DNA of 64,000 nucleotides. Origin: a virus (Duplodnaviria; Heunggongvirae; Uroviricota; Caudoviricetes). Each line of letters starts with the position of its first letter. Position 1 is the first letter of the stretch. The DNA is taken from IMG/VR virus record IMGVR_UViG_3300045016_000151, positions 82,078-146,077 of that record; one strand, written 5' to 3'. Of the stretch, positions 39,462-48,637 are shown piece after piece. The notes beneath the pieces are model-generated. The model made no database searches. It had not been told where the DNA came from and saw only the letters and a program-made list of their open reading frames with translations. A program made the position numbers and the translations under genes.

Positions 39462-40337
39462 GTGGAAAATCAACAAGATGCGTTGTTAGATACTTCTAAC
39501 ACGTCATTGATTAACATGGCCGATACCAGACCTATAGCTTTTTGGGCCGATAACAAAAAGAACGAATTCTTAAAAACGTTTAAAGAACGTGTTGAAGTGG
39601 CAGCGTGGTTATTGGAACATACAGCGCACGTAATTATAGATAAAGCGATTGATCGCAAATTTATAAGTAACAAACATACAAGAAATATACAATGTGTGAG
39701 TGCAGTTATTACTAATAGTAACTGCGGTTCTTTGCACGGTAGAAATTGGGATGAGTTACAAAAAATTGCCGAAGAACGTGCCAATACCGTGCTAAAAAAA
39801 CTACCGATCTTAAAAAATGCCATTAAAGTAGTTGATGCAGAAACATTCAAACTATTGGAGCAATATGATAGAGATCAAAAATCCCTACAAGAAAAGAAAG
39901 ATACGTTGGATGAATTGTCTGGTACAATAGATATGAATGAGCTAGATCAAAACATGACAATCGGTGCTTTCAGAAAATATGTCAAAAAGATCGAAGCTGA
40001 TCGTGCTTCATTATTGGCTCAGCTTTCACGGGAAGGACGTGCTTTGCAAGAATTAGATGTTACTATTTCTAAACGACTATATGCAGGTATTCCTGGAATA
40101 TCGGAAGCTATCATTAAAGTTATAAATCAACATTATGAACGTATCACTGCGTTGCAGGCTATGACACGGCGTGTGGAAGAGCAAGTGAAATTCGGTGACA
40201 GTGCACAAGCTCTAGAATTATTAAAGCATTTTGAAAAAGATGAGGCAATAGTTTCCGATACAGTACAGGCGGAGTTTGACGAGGCGTTGAAGAAATTAGC
40301 GTTGTATAAAAAACCTAAAACAAAAGGTAAAAAATGA
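39462..40337 (+). CDS. coiled-coil hypothetical protein
   Basis: 291 aa, AAGGA SD. Confidence 0.7.
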   Translation: MENQQDALLDTSNTSLINMADTRPIAFWADNKKNEFLKTFKERVEVAAWLLEHTAHVIIDKAIDRKFISNKHTRNIQCVSAVITNSNCGSLHGRNWDELQKIAEERANTVLKKLPILKNAIKVVDAETFKLLEQYDRDQKSLQEKKDTLDELSGTIDMNELDQNMTIGAFRKYVKKIEADRASLLAQLSREGRALQELDVTISKRLYAGIPGISEAIIKVINQHYERITALQAMTRRVEEQVKFGDSAQALELLKHFEKDEAIVSDTVQAEFDEALKKLALYKKPKTKGKK

Positions 40338-40567
40338 CTTATTGTTTGGATAATGATAAATTCACTGACTGCTATAAGTCCATGGTGCGCCCCACGGGAT
40401 ACGAACACCACAACTTCGACGCTCCTTTTCATATCACACACAAGGGTAATGTAAAAGCTTTCATACGTGGCACCACCGTAGACAGTGATGGTGAAGTGTG
40501 TAAGAGTAATGCCATTATTGAGCATAATTGGTTATATAATACACAAATAATAAGGATAAAAATATGA
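40334..40567 (+). CDS. hypothetical protein
   Basis: ATGA-coupled. Confidence 0.5.
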   Translation: MTYCLDNDKFTDCYKSMVRPTGYEHHNFDAPFHITHKGNVKAFIRGTTVDSDGEVCKSNAIIEHNWLYNTQIIRIKI

Positions 40568-41961
40568 ACTACGGGTTATACACAGATATGTATCAACTTG
40601 TTATGGCACAAGGATATTTCCAGATGAGCCGCCATAATGACCGAGCCACGTATGATTATTTTTATCGACGTAACCCATACGGCGGCGGTTATGCATTATT
40701 TGCCGGATTAAGTGAGTTGTTAGATATCTTAAAGAATTGGAAATTTACCGAAGAAGATACAACGTATTTATTTCATCAAGGAATTTTTCACGCAGGCTTT
40801 TTGAGTTATTTACGTGACTTTCAATTCAAAGGCGATATCTATTCTGTGCGTGAGGGCGAAGTTGTTTTTCCAAATGAACCTATACTGCGAATTGAAGGTG
40901 GTTGGCTAGAGTGTCAATTATTAGAAACTCTGTTGCTCAACATTATCAACTTCAGTACATTGATCGCAACTAAAGCAGCACGTATAAAACAAGTTGTAAA
41001 CGAACGACCTATAATTGATATGGGATTACGACGTGCACAGGGGTTGGGAGGTATTTTGGCGAGTAAAGCCGCTATTATTGGTGGTGCAACTTCAACTTCT
41101 AATGTTTATGCCGCAAAGAAATACGATCTCTTAGCGGTAGGTACAATGGCTCATGCCTGGATACTTGGTTTTGAAAACGAGTTAACTGCATTTCGTGCGT
41201 TTGCTAAAGAATATCCGCACAACACAGTGTTGCTAGTTGATACTTATGATACATTAAAAAGTGGTGTGCCGAATGCAATAATCGTAGCTAAAGAACTTGA
41301 AGCCAACGGATGTAAATTACATGGTATCCGATTAGATAGCGGCGACTTTGCGTACCTAAGCAAAAAAGCAAGAAATCTTCTTGATGAGGCCAATTTGTCT
41401 TATGTAAAAATAGTTGCATCTAATCAATTAGATGAATATGTAATTCGTAGTCTAGAAGAACAGGACGCTCCTATTGATATTTATGGTGTAGGCACAAATT
41501 TAATTATCGGTGCTGGCGCTGGAGCTCATGATGGTGTATATAAACTATCATCGATTCAAGGACAGCCGAAAATGAAATTTTCAGATAATCCTGAAAAAGC
41601 TACATTACCCGGACCAAAAGATCTGTATCGTTATTATAATAACGACGGCACTTTTTATGGCGACGGTATTACTTGCGCAGGAATGCCTCCACCGAAGAAG
41701 TTGTATGATCCTGTTTATCCAGATAGATTATCAGATGTTGGAGATCTAAAAAACGAAGCGCTTTTAATAAAGTGCGTGGAAAATGGAAAGGTTGTAATAA
41801 CTAATCCTATCGTACGTACATCAAGACTTTATGCGGAAAGTCGTCTGCAGAGCTTAGGAAAAGAATTCACTAGATTTGAAAACCCACATATCTATAAAGT
41901 AGGTGTAAGTGATATATTACTTAAGCATAAAACAGATATGATTGCCGCACTTAGAAAATAA
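40564..41961 (+). CDS. pncB: nicotinate phosphoribosyltransferase
   Basis: TDMYQL.M, GLRRAQG, GTMAH, VDTYDTLKSG, GIRLDSGD, GVGT. Confidence 0.92.
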   Translation: MNYGLYTDMYQLVMAQGYFQMSRHNDRATYDYFYRRNPYGGGYALFAGLSELLDILKNWKFTEEDTTYLFHQGIFHAGFLSYLRDFQFKGDIYSVREGEVVFPNEPILRIEGGWLECQLLETLLLNIINFSTLIATKAARIKQVVNERPIIDMGLRRAQGLGGILASKAAIIGGATSTSNVYAAKKYDLLAVGTMAHAWILGFENELTAFRAFAKEYPHNTVLLVDTYDTLKSGVPNAIIVAKELEANGCKLHGIRLDSGDFAYLSKKARNLLDEANLSYVKIVASNQLDEYVIRSLEEQDAPIDIYGVGTNLIIGAGAGAHDGVYKLSSIQGQPKMKFSDNPEKATLPGPKDLYRYYNNDGTFYGDGITCAGMPPPKKLYDPVYPDRLSDVGDLKNEALLIKCVENGKVVITNPIVRTSRLYAESRLQSLGKEFTRFENPHIYKVGVSDILLKHKTDMIAALRK

Positions 41962-41964
41962 ATT

Positions 41965-42193
41965 TTACGAGCCGAAGTATATCGTTATCAAAGAACTGTG
42001 TGTCGTAGGTCCGAATCCTACTCTCTCCACCCTGAAAGATAGTTGGTCCCTTTTGTTGAATGATTAAATTCATTTTATGGTATAGGACATGACAATATAA
42101 AAGAAGCCTCCTATAACTATCTTTCTGGTTGGGAGAGATAGCTCAGTCGGTAGAGCAACAGTATAAAGATGGTATATGACCATTTGCTCGTAA
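41965..42193 (+). ncRNA. YrlA-type Y RNA candidate 2 / circularly permuted tRNA-Phe-like gene
   Basis: tRNA 3' half (41995-42029) precedes 5' half (42132-42162); acceptor GGAGAGA/TCTCTCC; terminal helix TTACGAGC(C)GAA/TTTGCTCGTAA with bulged C. Confidence 0.75.
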
Positions 42194-42301
42194 TTTAATT
42201 TTATTATGGCTCATTCTCTAAGGTAAGCTGTAACGAGCACGCTTCAGCCATAGATAGCTATCTATGTTAAATCAAAGCACGCATATGGAATGAGTTATTT
42301 C

Positions 42302-42373
42302 AGGGCGTTCGGTTAATTGGTAAACCAACGGTCTCCAAAACCGTGACTACGGGTTCAAGTCCTGTACGCCCTG
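42302..42373 (+). tRNA. tRNA-Trp(CCA)
   Basis: Cloverleaf. Confidence 0.9.
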
Positions 42374-42537
42374 CTATGAAATATCACTTATATGAAGAAA
42401 AAACTGTGTGTTGTGGAACAACAGTCATACGGAAATTAAGTGCCAACATTTGTTGTAATTGTCGTAAAATTTTAACTCTTTCAGATACTTATATTACTTT
42501 AGCAGTACGTAAATTCACATTAACAAAAAGAAAAGAT

Positions 42538-42610
42538 GTCAAGTTGGCCGAGTGGTTAAGGCATAGGTCTGCAAAACCTATATGCGTCGGTTCGAATCCG
42601 ACACTTGACT
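42538..42610 (+). tRNA. tRNA-Cys(GCA)
   Basis: Cloverleaf. Confidence 0.9.
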
Positions 42611-42638
42611 CATGTAAAACTAATTAGGACATGATTTT

Positions 42639-43739
42639 ATGGGACGAAAAACTATTAGCCGACTGCAAGAAAAAATGCGTAGGCTAGCTTCATTCGATAA
42701 CACGCTAAAAACATATAAATCGGTCAAACCAGCAAAAAGTAAAAAACTCACTGGTGAAGAAGTATATAAATTGATGCCAGCTTTGACAAATTATTCGAAA
42801 TTTTTCATAAATAATCTTTCTTTATGGAAATGTCCATCATATAATACAGATCGGCAGAAAACCAGTCTCATACGATTTTTGCTTTTTAAATATCCGGTAC
42901 ATGATATGTTTATCAATGCTTTCTTAACTACCCCAAAAGAAATAAATACGTTCGTTCAAGAACTATTCTATTGGGCGATAGATCTCGGCCAAGGGCGCTC
43001 TATAAAAGATCGAGTGAAGGGAATATTTACGGCAAAAGAGCTGCATTGGTTTTTAAACGGGCCTAAAAATAACGTGTTCTACAACAGTTGGTATGCAAAA
43101 TGTAGGGCGCGTCATTGGCCTACTAATCTAATTAATTCGTTTGCCAACCGGTTAGGTCCATTTCCTATACATGATTGGAAAGAAGTTGCTTATTGGGACA
43201 AAATAATACAATTCTTTACAAACTATTTGGAAGAGTTGGACTCGGATATGTTATCTGAACTGTTGGATTTTATAAAATATGCCCATGACTACGAAAATTT
43301 TCAAATTGAGGGACGTACATTATCGTCCCTTATACGATTTTCTAATCGTTGGCATATGGGTCGTAGATTAACCGGCAAGTCAATTATTGAAGGCACATGG
43401 ATGCCAATGAATATCCCGACATGGGAATATTATGATAAGGTCACGAAGATACATTGGAAGATTCATCAGTTATTGACCGGAAAAGATCTTGCATATGAAA
43501 GTAAGATACAACACCATTGTGTATGGTCGTATTCTCAGGCATGCGTGCGTGGACAAAGCAGAATATTCACTTTGCATAGTATCGATGGGATAGGCGACGA
43601 ACGAAAGCATCTTACCATAGAAGTGTCTCCACAAGATAAAATGGTCAGACAGGTCCGTGGAAAATTAAACCGTAGGGCGACCAACGGAGAAAGAAATATT
43701 TTGTACAAATGGATTGATCAGTATAAACTAATTTATTAA
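42639..43739 (+). CDS. PcfJ-domain protein
   Basis: L.YESKIQHHCV.SY...C..G.SRIFTL...TIEV......QVRGK.N. Confidence 0.75.
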   Translation: MGRKTISRLQEKMRRLASFDNTLKTYKSVKPAKSKKLTGEEVYKLMPALTNYSKFFINNLSLWKCPSYNTDRQKTSLIRFLLFKYPVHDMFINAFLTTPKEINTFVQELFYWAIDLGQGRSIKDRVKGIFTAKELHWFLNGPKNNVFYNSWYAKCRARHWPTNLINSFANRLGPFPIHDWKEVAYWDKIIQFFTNYLEELDSDMLSELLDFIKYAHDYENFQIEGRTLSSLIRFSNRWHMGRRLTGKSIIEGTWMPMNIPTWEYYDKVTKIHWKIHQLLTGKDLAYESKIQHHCVWSYSQACVRGQSRIFTLHSIDGIGDERKHLTIEVSPQDKMVRQVRGKLNRRATNGERNILYKWIDQYKLIY

Positions 43740-43746
43740 GGATAAA

Positions 43747-44337
43747 ATGAAACCTACTGAAATAATTGTTGTAATCGATCGCTCGGGATCGATGTCTGGA
43801 TTTGTGGCTGACACAATAGGTGGTTATAACACATTTATTGATGAGCAGAAAAAACTCCCTGGCGATGCAAAAATAACTACTGTTTTATTTGACACTGAAT
43901 ATGATGTATTTGAAGATGGTGTAGAATTGCAAAAAGCTGTACCACTTTCACGTATATCTTATGTGCCAAGAGGCAATACTGCATTGTTAGATGCCATTGG
44001 TGATGCCGTGAAACGCGTTGAGGATCGTCAAGCAAAACTTCCGGACGATCAAAAAACTGATCACGTGATTATGGTAATCATAACCGATGGGCAAGAAAAC
44101 TCAAGCGTGAGGTTTTCGAAAGATCAAATTAAAGATATCATTACGGCAAAAACAGCGCTTGGATGGAAATTCGATTTCTTCTCAGCAAATATGGATGCTA
44201 TAAATGATGCTACACGTTCATATGGATTTGATAGCAAAAACGTATTGTGTTTTGCAGCAAACACAGATGGTTTTCAGAAGAGTTATAAGTCAATGAATAT
44301 CTCTACAAGTAATTATCGTTTGGACAAAGATTCATAA
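43747..44337 (+). CDS. von Willebrand factor A domain protein
   Basis: DRSGSM MIDAS, TALLDAIG, ITDGQEN. Confidence 0.85.
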   Translation: MKPTEIIVVIDRSGSMSGFVADTIGGYNTFIDEQKKLPGDAKITTVLFDTEYDVFEDGVELQKAVPLSRISYVPRGNTALLDAIGDAVKRVEDRQAKLPDDQKTDHVIMVIITDGQENSSVRFSKDQIKDIITAKTALGWKFDFFSANMDAINDATRSYGFDSKNVLCFAANTDGFQKSYKSMNISTSNYRLDKDS

Positions 44338-44346
44338 TGTCCAAAT

Positions 44347-44420
44347 GCGGGTATCGCCTAGTCGGTATGGCACCACGCTTCCAACGTGGAATAAGGCCGG
44401 TTCGAGACCGGTTACCCGCT
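44347..44420 (+). tRNA. tRNA-Gly(TCC)
   Basis: Cloverleaf. Confidence 0.88.
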
Positions 44421-44422
44421 CT

Positions 44423-44674
44423 ATGGAAACAATAAAAAAAGCATTGCAGCAGCCATGCAAACGATGTAATGAGGTTAAACTTGCATATATTTCGGCAAGA
44501 TGTAAAGACATGTGTTTCTTTATTACGTATCAAGACTCTTACGAAACTGTAAACGAGTTTAGTAGTTTTGAAAGTTACCCACCAAGGGATGTAGGTTTAA
44601 TGGGGGATGGTGATAACGTAACATTTATTTATTGTCTAAATTGTGGACAAATACAAGGACAATTTCCAGTATGA
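44423..44674 (+). CDS. zinc-finger hypothetical protein
   Basis: CKRC...C.D.C...CLNCGQIQG.FP; ATG 2 nt after tRNA. Confidence 0.6.
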   Translation: METIKKALQQPCKRCNEVKLAYISARCKDMCFFITYQDSYETVNEFSSFESYPPRDVGLMGDGDNVTFIYCLNCGQIQGQFPV

Positions 44675-44907
44675 CCTACACAATATATTTAAATTGGTGG
44701 TATGGTTCCCAGGAAGAGGAATCAGTGTTAAATCGCAGCGGTTATCCCGTACGCACAGAATTCCAGACTGACGAAGATCCATTCGAGATTGCGAGAAAAT
44801 TATATGCAAACAATGTGACTGTTGTTATACATAAAGTACAAGAATTATATCATGGGTCGAAATATGTAATTTCGGTATGTGATGATTCTAGACCAGGACA
44901 AAGATGA
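44671..44907 (+). CDS. hypothetical protein
   Basis: ATGA-coupled. Confidence 0.5.
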   Translation: MTYTIYLNWWYGSQEEESVLNRSGYPVRTEFQTDEDPFEIARKLYANNVTVVIHKVQELYHGSKYVISVCDDSRPGQR

Positions 44908-45131
44908 GATCCATCGTTTTTCATTTTCCAACTGAATTACCATATAATGCAATCAGATATGAATTAAAATGTGATTGGGGTTTGTATTACAAATGTCGCA
45001 CACAACAAGAATTTGAACAATTAGATCCGCACCTGATAATACAAGAAGGTTGTTTGATTCAGGCAATAGGTATTGATGATAATGTTATTGCAAACTGGCA
45101 CTATGAGAAGAACAAATGGATAAAAAATTAG
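44904..45131 (+). CDS. hypothetical protein
   Basis: ATGA-coupled. Confidence 0.5.
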   Translation: MRSIVFHFPTELPYNAIRYELKCDWGLYYKCRTQQEFEQLDPHLIIQEGCLIQAIGIDDNVIANWHYEKNKWIKN

Positions 45132-45562
45132 AATTTGTTTGTTATTTTCGGTATACAAAATGGTATTTTATCAGTTTAGGACTTCATTTGAGTTTAAAAC
45201 CATTTAATATTGAAATACATTTACCTGCAGGATTTATACGTATAGGAGTGGAAGAACGATATCCAACAGCACCGATAAATTGGCAAGAATGTGATAAAAA
45301 GTGTTTTGGAAAAAGAATAACATATTCTCTAAACGAAAAAGAACTAGTTACTAAACTACACGCGTTTATTCTTGTGCAAGATTCTCTGTCTTCAATAAAG
45401 GACGCGCGAAAACGTCATAGCGATGCTATGGAACTATTGCATAGATATAAAATGCTAGAACGGGAATATTTACAAAATAAATATTCTGTGCCCAATGAGT
45501 TAATAACTGCAAAGAACTTTTTACTTAGAGACGAACTAGGAGTACAAATTTGTCAAACTTAA
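45116..45562 (+). CDS. hypothetical protein
   Basis: ORF in operon. Confidence 0.55.
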   Translation: MDKKLEFVCYFRYTKWYFISLGLHLSLKPFNIEIHLPAGFIRIGVEERYPTAPINWQECDKKCFGKRITYSLNEKELVTKLHAFILVQDSLSSIKDARKRHSDAMELLHRYKMLEREYLQNKYSVPNELITAKNFLLRDELGVQICQT

Positions 45563-46053
45563 AAGACGATATCGATTTACCATTGGTAAAAACCATTGCT
45601 TATTTAAACTTATTAGGTATCAAAACACTTTGGTCGTGTTGCGGATATAATTATCCTGAACAACCTGCGCATAAGGCGCACCAAATCGGTCAAATAAATA
45701 TTTCAATGGAATTTTCTGATAAGGCGGCCTCAGTCGGTATTTATATTTTACAACTTAATTATGAATGGGCTTTAAAATGTCAATTAGTGAATCCTGCTCC
45801 ATTACGAGCATATATTATATATAGTGACATTAAAAGATTTCATCCTAATTGGGATGAAAACTCCGTACATTATCATGAGCATCCTTCACAGATGATTAAT
45901 GGGTTGGAAAAGCGTTTGTATAAACTAAAGGATCAATTTATGGATGAAGTAGTATTAACTGATACAAACCACGCATCAAAACAAGCAAATCCCTATTGGG
46001 CTTATCCAGGGAGTGATCCATGGGTTATACGAAAAAATGATTTTATTTGTTGA
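45550..46053 (+). CDS. hypothetical protein
   Basis: I.T..SCCG.. motif seen in phage proteins. Confidence 0.55.
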   Translation: MSNLKDDIDLPLVKTIAYLNLLGIKTLWSCCGYNYPEQPAHKAHQIGQINISMEFSDKAASVGIYILQLNYEWALKCQLVNPAPLRAYIIYSDIKRFHPNWDENSVHYHEHPSQMINGLEKRLYKLKDQFMDEVVLTDTNHASKQANPYWAYPGSDPWVIRKNDFIC

Positions 46054-46384
46054 TGATGAAAAACAACCGGAGTGGTTTGATTTAAACCGCACCAATATTC
46101 ATGTAGCCACAACATTTGAAGATGCGTTGAAATTAATTCAGAAAAATGTATATGACATTATTTACATGGATCATGATCTTGGAGATAGTTGTCATGATGG
46201 TTCTCATTTAATAACCGAATATGGCAAAGCAGGTAAGTCAATACAAAAAGTTTGTTGTATTTCGTGGAATCCACTTGGAGTAGAACGAATACGACTTGCT
46301 TGTAAAGATTTTAATATACCTTTCGAATCACATGGTATGCGTATATTTGATTTGTTTCCAGTTATAGATGGACAATCTCACTAA
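46037..46384 (+). CDS. cyclic-phosphate-processing receiver-like domain protein
   Basis: LFVDDEK.P, ALKLI, IYMDHDLG, S.NP.G..RI. Confidence 0.7.
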   Translation: MILFVDDEKQPEWFDLNRTNIHVATTFEDALKLIQKNVYDIIYMDHDLGDSCHDGSHLITEYGKAGKSIQKVCCISWNPLGVERIRLACKDFNIPFESHGMRIFDLFPVIDGQSH

Positions 46385-46413
46385 ATTTTCAACTTTTATA
46401 AAGGATCACATAT

Positions 46414-46770
46414 ATGAAAACATATTTTAATAAGATCAAATTATTTAAAAGTAATTCTGACAGCCCGGAAAAAATATTAAAAGAAGTAACTGAATTTGCA
46501 GCTACTCAAAATATTTCGGCACATAGCTTAGGTGTGGAATATGTAGAACCCCTTGATCAACTAATTATCAGTTTGGGATACAGAGAAGAAGACGATCCCA
46601 CATCGATAGAAATAATTCAACATACTATCGGAAATATATCAACCAACAGTTTGGCTGAGCTGGAGAGTAACTTTAAAAAGATACTTGATACTTTTGAAAA
46701 ACCTATCTGTCATGAATTTTTCGTAAATAACGCTTTCGATCTTATCGGAATCTTTATGATAGAAAAGTAA
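46414..46770 (+). CDS. hypothetical protein
   Basis: AAGGA SD. Confidence 0.6.
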   Translation: MKTYFNKIKLFKSNSDSPEKILKEVTEFAATQNISAHSLGVEYVEPLDQLIISLGYREEDDPTSIEIIQHTIGNISTNSLAELESNFKKILDTFEKPICHEFFVNNAFDLIGIFMIEK

Positions 46771-46777
46771 TAATTAG

Positions 46778-46851
46778 GCGGTTGTCGCATAGAGGCCTAG
46801 TGCGTCTGCTTGCCATGCAGAATCTCGTGGGTTCGAATCCCATCAACCGCT
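46778..46851 (+). tRNA. tRNA-Gly(GCC)
   Basis: Cloverleaf. Confidence 0.88.
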
Positions 46852-46853
46852 CT

Positions 46854-47312
46854 ATGGTTCAAATAATATATGTATTTCTCGCAGCATTTGTGCTCGGCTT
46901 TTTATATTCATATTATATACGACGCACAGCACATGCGCAAACTTTAAAAAAACAACTACAAGCGGCAAGCTCCGGTTCAGTATTATATTTGCTTGGCGCG
47001 GTAATTGTTATATCATATGTAAGTGACCCTTGGCTATTAATTCCCGCCTGTGTGGGGGATTGGCTAGGATCCCTACTACAACTAAGGATCGATATGAATA
47101 AAGAACAATACGAAGAAAACTTAAGACGAATCCAAAAACAACATTTGGAAAATATTCAAAAACATACACATTGGCAGCCATGCATGCACGACCAATGTAC
47201 AGAATGTCATGGTACTGGTATGAAACTAGATGGGACTCCCTGTGTACACGGTATAAGTTGCCCATGCCCAAAATGTAGTCCACGATGTAACACCTCCACC
47301 CTCGTAACTTAA
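46854..47312 (+). CDS. membrane protein with C-terminal Cys-rich domain; stop inside tRNA-Arg
   Basis: Hydrophobic helices then CTECHGTG..CPCPKC. Confidence 0.55.
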   Translation: MVQIIYVFLAAFVLGFLYSYYIRRTAHAQTLKKQLQAASSGSVLYLLGAVIVISYVSDPWLLIPACVGDWLGSLLQLRIDMNKEQYEENLRRIQKQHLENIQKHTHWQPCMHDQCTECHGTGMKLDGTPCVHGISCPCPKCSPRCNTSTLVT

Positions 47313-47372
47313 ATGGAATAGAGTCAGTCCCTCCTAAGGACTTGTGTGTGGGTTCGACTCCCATCGAGGGTA
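47298..47372 (+). tRNA. tRNA-Arg(CCT)
   Basis: Cloverleaf. Confidence 0.88.
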
Positions 47373-47375
47373 CAT

Positions 47376-47449
47376 GCTCCTATAGCTCAATTGGATAGAG
47401 CGCTTCGCTACGAACGAAGAGGTTGTAGGTTCAAGTCCTATTAGGAGTA
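47376..47449 (+). tRNA. tRNA-Arg(ACG)
   Basis: Cloverleaf. Confidence 0.9.
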
Positions 47450-47451
47450 CT

Positions 47452-48015
47452 ATGATAGCACAATTACTATTTCAAATACTACAGTTTATAGCTATTTCAC
47501 TTTTTGACTTGTGGCAAATGGCTAAAAAAGAATTATTATATTGGGAAGCAATAATGGATACATTACCGTTTTTACCTCCCGACGTTGAAGAAGATACATT
47601 AATACTAAAAAACACTGCATCAGAGAATATATCTGTGGGCCAATTTATATTTTGGTTTGCTGAAGTCGCATTAATGTTAATATTCTGGAGTGGTTATACA
47701 TTTGTATCGCTTGTAATGTTTCTATGTACGGTATTTTTATTCTATGCGGGGGTTGAAGACTTAATGTTCTTTTTGTTTTCTCGTTGGATAAAATTACCGG
47801 AAAGTTGGTGGCGCTCTCGAGAAGTTATTCACATTCTAGGATTTCGTTTACCAAAATATATGCCTTGGTTACCAAGAACGCGCCAAATCGGAAAGTTAAA
47901 AATACCTAGTTATTGGATGAAATTTTTCGGCGGAGAGGTTGGTGATACCGTTGAATTATATAAAGGTGGAATTATTGCTTGGATATTAGTTATTGCTATA
48001 ATAAGTTTGGTATAA
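47452..48015 (+). CDS. membrane protein
   Basis: Several hydrophobic segments; ATG 2 nt after tRNA. Confidence 0.6.
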   Translation: MIAQLLFQILQFIAISLFDLWQMAKKELLYWEAIMDTLPFLPPDVEEDTLILKNTASENISVGQFIFWFAEVALMLIFWSGYTFVSLVMFLCTVFLFYAGVEDLMFFLFSRWIKLPESWWRSREVIHILGFRLPKYMPWLPRTRQIGKLKIPSYWMKFFGGEVGDTVELYKGGIIAWILVIAIISLV

Positions 48016-48024
48016 GATAATTAT

Positions 48025-48098
48025 ACCCCTATAGTCTAATTGGATAAAACGTCGCGCTTCGGACGCGAATAGTGCGGGTTCGAGTCCTGCTGGGGGTA
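48025..48098 (+). tRNA. tRNA-Arg(TCG)
   Basis: Cloverleaf. Confidence 0.88.
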
Positions 48099-48099
48099 C

Positions 48100-48456
48100 A
48101 TGTTTAAGGCATATGAACAAATAGAATTAGCAGTTATTACTACCGCTGCTATAAAAAAATTATTCTTTGACGATTACTCAACTCTCACTTTCACAATCAA
48201 ACCTATGGAACAACATATAACAGATATAGAAAATTTTATACACAATGCTACAACAGACAAATGTGTAGAATTGTTAAGGACGTTGTCCAAAGATATAGAA
48301 CTTGCTATTAAACCGGACGCCATACATGTTAAACTGAGGGCGTTGGCGCTAGAAATGGATTTAGAAGATTACCGAAAATTATTATTAACACAGTTACTCA
48401 ATTCAATGGCCGCCGTAAAAAGCAAATTACATACTAATTTGGGAATTAAAGAATGA
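48100..48456 (+). CDS. hypothetical protein
   Basis: ATG 1 nt after tRNA. Confidence 0.6.
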   Translation: MFKAYEQIELAVITTAAIKKLFFDDYSTLTFTIKPMEQHITDIENFIHNATTDKCVELLRTLSKDIELAIKPDAIHVKLRALALEMDLEDYRKLLLTQLLNSMAAVKSKLHTNLGIKE

Positions 48457-48635
48457 GAAAAATAACAGTAGAAAAAGCAGATAATACCAGACATTGTCAT
48501 AAATGTCAAGCAAAGATAATAAAAAATGAAAAATTTGTACTTTGCACTAATGATGCTTATATACCTGTTTATTGTAATATTTGTTCAATTTGTATGACAA
48601 ATCTAACTAATAAGGTGCTCGGATTAAAAAATTAA
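48453..48635 (+). CDS. small Cys-rich protein
   Basis: CHKC...CNICSIC. Confidence 0.5.
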   Translation: MRKITVEKADNTRHCHKCQAKIIKNEKFVLCTNDAYIPVYCNICSICMTNLTNKVLGLKN

Positions 48636-48637
48636 CT

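Noticed and set aside
43747-44337. vWA protein as the Ro60/Rsr partner of the Y RNAs
   Set aside because: Only 196 aa; lacks the large helical TROVE domain
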